Below the pieces are notes generated by a model. That model saw nothing but the letters and a program-made list of their open reading frames with translations, did not search any database and was not told the origin of the DNA. Below, piece by piece: positions 57,440 through 64,000 of a stretch of DNA of 64,000 bases. The first letter of the stretch is position 1. Every line of letters begins with the position of its first letter. This stretch comes from a virus (taxonomy: Duplodnaviria > Caudoviricetes). The stretch covers positions 993-64,992 of IMG/VR virus record IMGVR_UViG_3300048917_000432; one strand, written 5' to 3'. A program made the position numbers and the translations under genes.

Positions 57440-58441
57440 GTGCCTATGAACCCGGGAAGTCCCGACGTCCACATCGACGGTCCTCTGACCAACGTGTCGG
57501 TCGCCTACTTCCAGGACACGAGCGACTTCATCGCGGACAAGGTGTTCCCTTCGCTCCCGGTGGACAAGCGCTCGGATGTGTTCTGGAAGTACTCCAAGGC
57601 CGACTGGCGACGGGCTGACGCGCAGAAGCGCGCCCCCGGCACCGAGTCGGCGGGAATCGGCTGGTCCAACCAGACCGACAACTTCTACGCCGAGGTGTAT
57701 GCGGCGCACGTCGACATCGACGCGCAGACGCGGGCCAACGCGGACTCCAACTGGAACCTGGACTCCGACGCGACGCGGCTGGTGACCTCCCACCTGCTGC
57801 GCGGCAAGGACCAGCAGTGGGCCAACGAGTACTTCAAGTCCGGCGTCTGGGGCACCGAGCTCACCGGCGTGGCCTCCGCGCCGACCGGGAGCCAGTTCCT
57901 CCAGTGGAACCAGACGGCGTCAGACCCGCTGCTGAACTCCACCAACTGGCTGACCGACTTCCGCCTGCTGACCACCAAGGCGATCAACTTCGCGGTGCTC
58001 GGTGTGGACGTCTGGAAGGCGCTGAAGAACCACCCGGCGATCCTGGACCGGATCAAGTACACCCAGAAGGGCGTCATCACCGAAGAGCTGGTGGCCGAGT
58101 TCCTGGGCATCCCCAAGCTCTACATCGCCTACTCCAGCCAGGCCAACGGCCCCGCGATCAACGACGCCAAGTCCCAGGACGCGGCCGCGACCTACACCTG
58201 GACGATCGACACCAAGTCGGCGCTGCTCGGTTACGCCCCCAGCCGGCCCAGCCTGCTGGAGCCGTCCGCGGGCTACACGTTCAACTGGCGCGGCTACGGC
58301 GCCGGCAACAAGTCCGGCCTGACGATGAGCAGCTTCTACGACCCGAAGATCAAGGCGGACCGGATCGAGGGTGAAGCTGCCTACGATCTGAAGCTGGTCA
58401 GCCGCGACTGTGGGGTGTTCCTCAAGAACGCTGTCGTCTGA
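57440..58441 (+). CDS. Major capsid protein
   Basis: DVHIDGPLTNVSVAY..FIADKVFP.LPV..RAPGTES; 333 aa after scaffold and cement. Confidence 0.88.
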   Translation: MPMNPGSPDVHIDGPLTNVSVAYFQDTSDFIADKVFPSLPVDKRSDVFWKYSKADWRRADAQKRAPGTESAGIGWSNQTDNFYAEVYAAHVDIDAQTRANADSNWNLDSDATRLVTSHLLRGKDQQWANEYFKSGVWGTELTGVASAPTGSQFLQWNQTASDPLLNSTNWLTDFRLLTTKAINFAVLGVDVWKALKNHPAILDRIKYTQKGVITEELVAEFLGIPKLYIAYSSQANGPAINDAKSQDAAATYTWTIDTKSALLGYAPSRPSLLEPSAGYTFNWRGYGAGNKSGLTMSSFYDPKIKADRIEGEAAYDLKLVSRDCGVFLKNAVV

Positions 58442-58520
58442 CCGATCACCGCGACGACGGGTCGGGCCGTGCCTTTCGTCAGGGAGGCACGGCCCGATCT
58501 GTGTCCGGAGAGGAAGCGCA

Positions 58521-58856
58521 GTGATCAAGACCTTCGAGGTGCGCCGCCGGGCCCAGATCGGGGATGGCTGGCGCGAAGCTGGCGAGCCCTGCCCGGAGGC
58601 CCATCTCTGGCGGTTGACCTGGGGTCTGGTCACCGGCGGCGTGCTGATCGAGAAAGAGATGTCCGAGAAGGACTTCGCTGCCGCGGTTCAGAAGTACTGC
58701 CCCGAGGACGCCGGCGAGATCTACCCCCTCCTGGGTATCGAGGCCTTCGAGTCCGACGCCACCGACGACACCGGTGAGGGCTTCCCCAAGACCGCTCCAC
58801 GCAAGCGGGCATCCAAAGCCGTACTGACCAGCCCACCCAAGCCGCTGGGGGAGTAA
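58521..58856 (+). CDS. Hypothetical head-associated protein
   Basis: RBS GAGAGGA, GTG start, basic tail. Confidence 0.55.
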   Translation: MIKTFEVRRRAQIGDGWREAGEPCPEAHLWRLTWGLVTGGVLIEKEMSEKDFAAAVQKYCPEDAGEIYPLLGIEAFESDATDDTGEGFPKTAPRKRASKAVLTSPPKPLGE

Positions 58857-59329
58857 TGGCCTACGACGGCGACCCCGCGGCCAGCCCCCTGGAAGCCGTG
58901 CGGTTCTGGGCCCAGGACACCGGCACTCCGCCGCTGCTGTCCGACGAGGAGATCAACTACCTCTTCGAGTTCATCGACGATCCCGAGGCCTCACCGATCA
59001 CGGTGGCGGCTTTCGCGGCCGACGCTATCGCGGCCAAGTACGTCGGCGAGATCAGCATCAGCGCCGACGGTGTCAGCTACTCCGGCGACCAGCTCATGAC
59101 GCGCTACCAGGCGCTGGCCACCCAGCTGCGCAAGATCGACGCCCGGCAGACGGCGCGCTACGCCGCGCCGTACGTGGGCGGGGTGCTGATCGGGGAGCAC
59201 GCCCTGCCGGGGGTGCGCGAGCCGCAGTTCGGCATCGGCATGTTCGACAACCCCGAGGCCGGCAACCAGGAGTTCGGCTACCTCGGCGAGCTCGGAGTGG
59301 ATGACCCCGAGGGGTCGGTGGGCTACTGA
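58856..59329 (+). CDS. Head-to-tail adaptor
   Basis: LEAVRF..DT..LLSDEEI..AADAIAAKY..SISADGVS. Confidence 0.75.
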   Translation: MAYDGDPAASPLEAVRFWAQDTGTPPLLSDEEINYLFEFIDDPEASPITVAAFAADAIAAKYVGEISISADGVSYSGDQLMTRYQALATQLRKIDARQTARYAAPYVGGVLIGEHALPGVREPQFGIGMFDNPEAGNQEFGYLGELGVDDPEGSVGY

Positions 59330-59946
59330 TGCCCTATGCGATCAGTGAGTTCGCCCGGCAGAAGGTCCGGGCGTACGCCGAGGCTCACATGGACGGCCTG
59401 GTGACCATCGTGCGCGGCGGCCGCGGTGCGATGGACCCGACCACCGGGCGGGTCGCCGGGGTAGCGGTGACGGCCGTCGTGTACGGCAGCACCACCCTGG
59501 CGGCGCCGGGCACCCAGCTGGCACCACCTCCGCCCCCTCCGGTGCAGCAGCGGGCACCGGTAACGGTGTCGTTCCCCACCGATGAGCCCGCTCCCGACTC
59601 CGGCCCCGTCGTCACCCCGGCGGCCTTCCCCACCCCGGTCGAACAGGCTGAGGCCGATACCGGGGGCAAGGCCCGGTTCCACACCGTCACCGGGCAGGGA
59701 GCCATCTCCAACGGTGTCGGCGAGTACGACATGCGCCAGGTCATCGTGTCGATCCCGTGGAGCGCCGCCCTGCCGCGCCAGGACGACATCATCCTGGTCC
59801 GCGATGCCGGGGTGGATGACACGCTGAACGAGGCCACACTGCGCATTGTGGAGGTGGAAGGCGGTAGCGCCTTCGGGGACGCCAGAAGGCTCTCCTGCAC
59901 GCTGCAGGGCTACTCCGAGTACTGGACGGGGGTGGGGACGCTATGA
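59329..59946 (+). CDS. Head-to-tail stopper (DUF6093-like) with Pro-rich insert
   Basis: VTIVR..DPTTG..KARF..VSIPW..DDIILV..RIVEV. Confidence 0.7.
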   Translation: MPYAISEFARQKVRAYAEAHMDGLVTIVRGGRGAMDPTTGRVAGVAVTAVVYGSTTLAAPGTQLAPPPPPPVQQRAPVTVSFPTDEPAPDSGPVVTPAAFPTPVEQAEADTGGKARFHTVTGQGAISNGVGEYDMRQVIVSIPWSAALPRQDDIILVRDAGVDDTLNEATLRIVEVEGGSAFGDARRLSCTLQGYSEYWTGVGTL

Positions 59947-60218
59947 CCAGCCTGCTCGAATGGATCGGGATCCTCGAGAACGCCGCCCAGAGCACCGACG
60001 CGATGAAGAAGAAGGTGACCCGCAAGGCCAGCCTCCAGGCCGCGACGGGGTTCCGCAGTGCCGACATGCCCGGTCCGGGGCTGGAGTCGATCCTGACGCG
60101 CACCCGGAGCACCACCAAGAGGGTGGACGACAGCGCGCAGGCCGCGGCCACCGTCGCCGACGACATGGCGGAAGATGTGCTCACCAAGGGCACCGATGCC
60201 CTGATGGAGGACTCGTGA
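59943..60218 (+). CDS. Neck/tail-completion protein (short)
   Basis: Position between stopper and terminator; ATGA overlap. Confidence 0.45.
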   Translation: MTSLLEWIGILENAAQSTDAMKKKVTRKASLQAATGFRSADMPGPGLESILTRTRSTTKRVDDSAQAAATVADDMAEDVLTKGTDALMEDS

Positions 60219-60670
60219 GCACCACCATCGCCCGGGCGCCGTTGACCGACAAGGTGCTGGCCACTCTCAAGGCCACCGGGATCGCGGTCGGCGACGGGGA
60301 ACTGCCCGACGCGTCGTGGGTCGGGCACCCCAACGCGCCCGGGTCCAGCTATGAACCGTTCGCGGTGCTCGGCGAGCTGACCGCGGATCGGGCCGACGGC
60401 CCCATCGGCGACAGCCAGGCCGACTGGCGGATGCCCTACATGGTCGAGTACTTCGGCATCACCCGGTCCCAGGCATCCTGGCTGGCCGACAAGATGCGCG
60501 GCGCGCTGGACTCCCTGCGGTTCACCCGGATCACCCTGGGCCCCGCCGACTACAAGGTGCAGTACGTGCGCCACGACAACCTGGGATCGCCACAGCGCAT
60601 CTCGGTCACCAACCCGCCCTTCTGGCACCAGCAGGACGGAATCACTCTGTGGATGGGAAAGGAACGGTAA
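60215..60670 (+). CDS. Tail terminator
   Basis: VGDG..P..PFAVL..GPIGD..G.TR.QA.WLADK.R.AL. Confidence 0.7.
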   Translation: MSTTIARAPLTDKVLATLKATGIAVGDGELPDASWVGHPNAPGSSYEPFAVLGELTADRADGPIGDSQADWRMPYMVEYFGITRSQASWLADKMRGALDSLRFTRITLGPADYKVQYVRHDNLGSPQRISVTNPPFWHQQDGITLWMGKER

Positions 60671-60903
60671 TGGCACTCGAAACGATCAACATGGTCGACC
60701 CCAACGGCAACACCGTGGAGGTGCCGGCTTCCAGCCAGGAGGTCTACGAGCGGCAGGGTTGGACGGTGGCCTCCGATCAGGATGCCAACGCGGCCGGCCA
60801 GTCGGGCAGCGGTGTCCGCGAGGACCAGCCCCAGGTCCTGGGCGAGCCCGGCGGACGGAACGCACCGCCGGTCGACCCCAACACCGGACAGCCAGTCCAG
60901 TAG
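60670..60903 (+). CDS. Small hypothetical protein
   Basis: TAATG coupling; MVDP..VEVP..YERQGW. Confidence 0.6.
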   Translation: MALETINMVDPNGNTVEVPASSQEVYERQGWTVASDQDANAAGQSGSGVREDQPQVLGEPGGRNAPPVDPNTGQPVQ

Positions 60904-60966
60904 TCCCCGGCGCGTAATGACAGCGCCGCGACACTGGTTCTAACGACCGAGGAACAGGAGCAGGCG

Positions 60967-61431
60967 ATGGGCCGGTTCATACCGAACGAGAACACCTGGA
61001 TCGCATTCAGCCCGACCGAGCCGGCCGTCTTCGACGCTCCGAAGGTCTCCGAGCTGACCGCGGCCACCGAGGTAACTTCGCTGGTGTCTGGGCTGAACTT
61101 CAGCGCCCAGGGCAGCGCGGTGCCGACGCCGGACCTCTCGACACTGTTCGAGACCAGCATCCCCGGCACCACCACGGCCACCGCGTCGATGGACGGCTAC
61201 CGCGATGACACCGCCGACGATCTGTGGGAGCTGCTGCCCCGAGGGGCCAAGGGCGTCGTGTACATCGCCCGGTACGGCGGCAAGCCGGCCACCGGGGACG
61301 GCGTCGAGGTGTGGCCGGTTCGGGTGATCAGCCGCACCAACGCGAACATGACCAACAACACCGTGGCCACCTTCACCGTCACGTTCTCCGTGCCGCGGGA
61401 GCCGGCCGAGGATGCCATCGTCGGGACCTGA
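60967..61431 (+). CDS. Major tail (tube) protein
   Basis: APKVSELTA..TPDLSTLFETSIPG..YRDD..GDGVEVWPV. Confidence 0.85.
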   Translation: MGRFIPNENTWIAFSPTEPAVFDAPKVSELTAATEVTSLVSGLNFSAQGSAVPTPDLSTLFETSIPGTTTATASMDGYRDDTADDLWELLPRGAKGVVYIARYGGKPATGDGVEVWPVRVISRTNANMTNNTVATFTVTFSVPREPAEDAIVGT

Positions 61432-61496
61432 CGGGTTTTCCCAGGTAGTCATGGATATGCTCCCTCGCAGGGTCGCTGACTGCCGAGGGGAAATAC

Positions 61497-61937
61497 ATGG
61501 CTGCAATCACCACAGCGACCGAGACGACCGAGGAGCCGGAGAAGGTGTCCGGCAAGCCCGCCAAGCTGAAGCGGGCCACCCTCAAGGACCTGTTGGGCAA
61601 GAAGCCCGCTCAGGAGGAATTCTCGGCACCCTTGGGGTCGGGGGATGCCGAGATTTCCTTCCTCTTCGTATCCATCGGCGCCCGGCGCTACGACCTGCTG
61701 CTGTCCAAGTACCCGCCCACCACCGAGCAGCGGGCCGGCGGCGCCTCGTTCAACACGGACCTGTTCGCGCCGGCACTGCTCACCGAGGTCTGCCGGGAGC
61801 CGGCGATCGACAAGGACGGCTGGGCCGAGGTCTGGAACAGCGACAGCTGGAACCGCGGCGAGGTCGCCGCGCTGTTCTGGAAGGCTGTCGAGCTCTGCAA
61901 CTCCCGGGTGGAGGTAAACCCTATCGAAGCAGGCTGA
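61497..61937 (+). CDS. Tail assembly chaperone (G)
   Basis: Between tail tube and tape measure. Confidence 0.75.
   Translation: MAAITTATETTEEPEKVSGKPAKLKRATLKDLLGKKPAQEEFSAPLGSGDAEISFLFVSIGARRYDLLLSKYPPTTEQRAGGASFNTDLFAPALLTEVCREPAIDKDGWAEVWNSDSWNRGEVAALFWKAVELCNSRVEVNPIEAG
61916..61922 (+). other. -1 programmed frameshift slippery site A_AAC_CCT
   Basis: X_XXY_YYZ heptamer in frame near end of chaperone; -1 frame stays open to 62302. Confidence 0.7.
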
Positions 61938-62302
61938 GGGCCGACTCGGAGTTCTTCTTCGAGCTTCAGTTCTGCAACGAGCACGGCATTCCGCACTCCG
62001 AGTACCTGATGTGGGACCCGGTGGACAAGGCCAAGATGCTGGCCTTCGCGACGGAGAAAGCGGACCGGTGCTCCATGTGCGGCACCGGGACATGGGAATG
62101 GGATCCCGCCCAGGGCGGCAGCCGGCACGCGTACGAGCCGGTGGAGAAGTTCTGTCCCGGCTGCTACGCCAAGGCCGCGATGCGCACCATGGATGCGGGG
62201 CGCAACACCGACGGCATCACCATCGAGCTGGCGCGCAACGACCGGTCGGTGCAGGCTGCGCAGAGGCATGTGAAGGCTCGTAGACGGGCGGAGAAAGAGT
62301 GA
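61916..62302 (+). CDS. Frameshift extension of tail assembly chaperone (GT)
   Basis: KPYRSRLRADSEFFFELQFC..CSMC..CPGC; GTGA overlap with tape measure. Confidence 0.7.
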   Translation, partial: KPYRSRLRADSEFFFELQFCNEHGIPHSEYLMWDPVDKAKMLAFATEKADRCSMCGTGTWEWDPAQGGSRHAYEPVEKFCPGCYAKAAMRTMDAGRNTDGITIELARNDRSVQAAQRHVKARRRAEKE

Positions 62303-64000
62303 CTACCTCGTTCGCCGACGCGCCAGGGCAGGGTCCGGACCTGCACCGCCAAGTCGAAGTCAGCCTCGCCACCGATGTCTCCGCGTACACCGCCGGCATT
62401 CAGCAGGCCGTGGCCGCCACCAACCAGCTGGCTTCGGCCATCGGTGGTGCTGCCCAGCAGGCCGACTCGCTGTCCAAGCGGGCCGGCAAGTCCATGGCGC
62501 ACTTCGCCATGGGGGACTTCGCCGCCCTGTCCGGCGCTACCGCGGTGGCCTCCCGGTTCGAAGCGCAGCTGTCCACCCTGAACGCGACAGCCGCCATCAC
62601 CGGTTCGTCCATGCCCGCGCTGAAGAAGCAGATCTCCGGGGTGTTCACCGACTTCCCGGTGTGGCGCCAGCAGATCGTCGCGCTGGCCCAGGCCATCTCC
62701 AACCTGGGGGTGACCAAGCCCCAGGACGTCGGCGCGCTGACCCGGAGCTACACCAAGCTGGGCGCGGCCACCGGGGAGGACTCCTCCGGGCTGGCGTCCG
62801 GCGGCATCCAGTTGTCCCGCCAGATGGGCAACATGGACCCGGGCAAGATCGACAAGTACAACAACGCCCTGGTGACGCTGTCCAAGAACGCGGGCGTCTC
62901 CGCCCAGTCGGTCACCGACTTCGCCCAGCAGTTGGCCCCGTTCGCCAACCAGCTGGGCATCGGCGAAGCCAAGGTGCTGGGCATCGCCACCGCGTTCCAG
63001 AAGGCGGGGGCCGACGGCACCTACGCGGCCAACGCGTTCAACCAGATCGCCCAGGAGATCAGCCAGCTGGAGAAGACGGGCTCGCCGAACCTGTCCAAGT
63101 ACTCCGCGTTCCTGGGCAAGAGCAACCAGCAGTTCAAGAGCATGTCCGGCGAGGACCAGATCACCGCCATCTTCGAGAAGATGTCGAAGGGCGGGGCGCA
63201 GGCCGCGCAGTTCGCCGACACCCTCCCCGGCGGCCAGCGCACCCTCAAGGCCGCCCAGCAGGTGGCGCAGACCGGCGACATGCGGTCGATGATCGCCATG
63301 GCTGTGGGCAGCTCCCAGGACACCAAGAACCTGGACAAGGGCGCCCAGGCAGCCATGTCCGGGCTGGGCGACGCGGTCACCGGAGTACGCAACGAGTTCA
63401 CCGAGCTGGCCACCATCCTGGGAGACCCGCTGCTGGGTCCGCTCACCAAGCTGGTGAACCTGTTCGGCGACGTGGTGCACGGGGTGAACTCGCTCCTCGA
63501 GCCCCTGGGCAAGCTCCCCGCGATCGCCATGGCCGTGGCTGGCGCGGTGGCAATCCCCGGCGCGGTCGGCCTTGCGCATTCCGGTCTGGCCGCCGGGGCG
63601 GGGCTGATCCGGTCGTCCCTGGGCGGCAACTCCGGGTGGCGCACCGTCATGCGCGAGGGCCGCCAGGTGGGCCAGCAGATGGCCGGCGGCATGTCCCGCG
63701 ACGAGGCGGTCGCCGGGACCAACCTGGGCAAGCAACAGCTGCCCACGCACCTGCAGGCTCTGTTCGATCAGGCCATCAGCGCCGGGCAGAAGCAGGGCCC
63801 CGGTGGCGGTGGGCAGAACCCTCTGGTGGCGGCGTTCCAGGCGGGCCGGGCCGGGACGACCGGTGCACAGGCCACCAAGATGCAGCAGGCGGCCGCGGCG
63901 GCGGGGCAGGCGGCGGGGCAGGTCGGCCAGCTGGGCCTGTTCGACAAGCTCGGCAACGTCAGTGCCTTCCTCACCGAAGGTCAGTTCGACCCGGCGATAG
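62299..64000 (+). CDS. Tape measure protein (5' part, runs off window)
   Basis: Hand translation from GTG 62299: VSLATDVSAYTAGI..FEAQLSTL..NLGV..LGAATG; Ala/Gly-rich. Confidence 0.88.
   Translation, partial: MTTSFADAPGQGPDLHRQVEVSLATDVSAYTAGIQQAVAATNQLASAIGGAAQQADSLSKRAGKSMAHFAMGDFAALSGATAVASRFEAQLSTLNATAAITGSSMPALKKQISGVFTDFPVWRQQIVALAQAISNLGVTKPQDVGALTRSYTKLGAATGEDSSGLASGGIQLSRQMGNMDPGKIDKYNNALVTLSKNAGVSAQSVTDFAQQLAPFANQLGIGEAKVLGIATAFQKAGADGTYAANAFNQIAQEISQLEKTGSPNLSKYSAFLGKSNQQFKSMSGEDQITAIFEKMSKGGAQAAQFADTLPGGQRTLKAAQQVAQTGDMRSMIAMAVGSSQDTKNLDKGAQAAMSGLGDAVTGVRNEFTELATILGDPLLGPLTKLVNLFGDVVHGVNSLLEPLGKLPAIAMAVAGAVAIPGAVGLAHSGLAAGAGLIRSSLGGNSGWRTVMREGRQVGQQMAGGMSRDEAVAGTNLGKQQLPTHLQALFDQAISAGQKQGPGGGGQNPLVAAFQAGRAGTTGAQATKMQQAAAAAGQAAGQVGQLGLFDKLGNVSAFLTEGQFDPAI

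Overview
The whole 64 kb window is a segment of a high-GC tailed actinobacteriophage genome (siphovirus-like); no host housekeeping genes, integrase, DNA polymerase, tRNA or CRISPR array were seen. 1-10.2 kb (minus): early-type operon of small hypothetical genes, an HNH-like gene and a DUF932-like gene, punctuated by sigmaA-type promoters and leader hairpins with a conserved loop. 10.4-22.7 kb (plus): HTH and WhiB-like regulators, a TerS-like protein, Cas4-like exonuclease, SSB, primase-helicase, a likely origin, a RusA-like resolvase and small ORFs. 22.8-24.4 kb: an isolated collagen fibre module. 24.5-25.5 kb: an inverted cassette with an Acb2/Tad1-like gene between two CsbD-like paralogs. 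26.3-42.7 kb: endolysin, tail fibres/minor tail proteins and a double r1t-type holin, all upstream of terminase. 42.7-64 kb: TerL, portal, five large putative capsid-internal proteins including an XkdF-type protease polyprotein, scaffold, cement, capsid, neck, tail tube, frameshifted chaperone and the start of the tape measure. Strongest novelty candidate: a portal-to-scaffold system with repeated hydrophobic-x-Lys|Ala/Ser putative cleavage sites, a shared SAFGV..RISK leader, Gly/Ala-rich helical-hairpin cargo modules and an apparently split protease. Family assignments are by eye from recalled motifs, without database searches.
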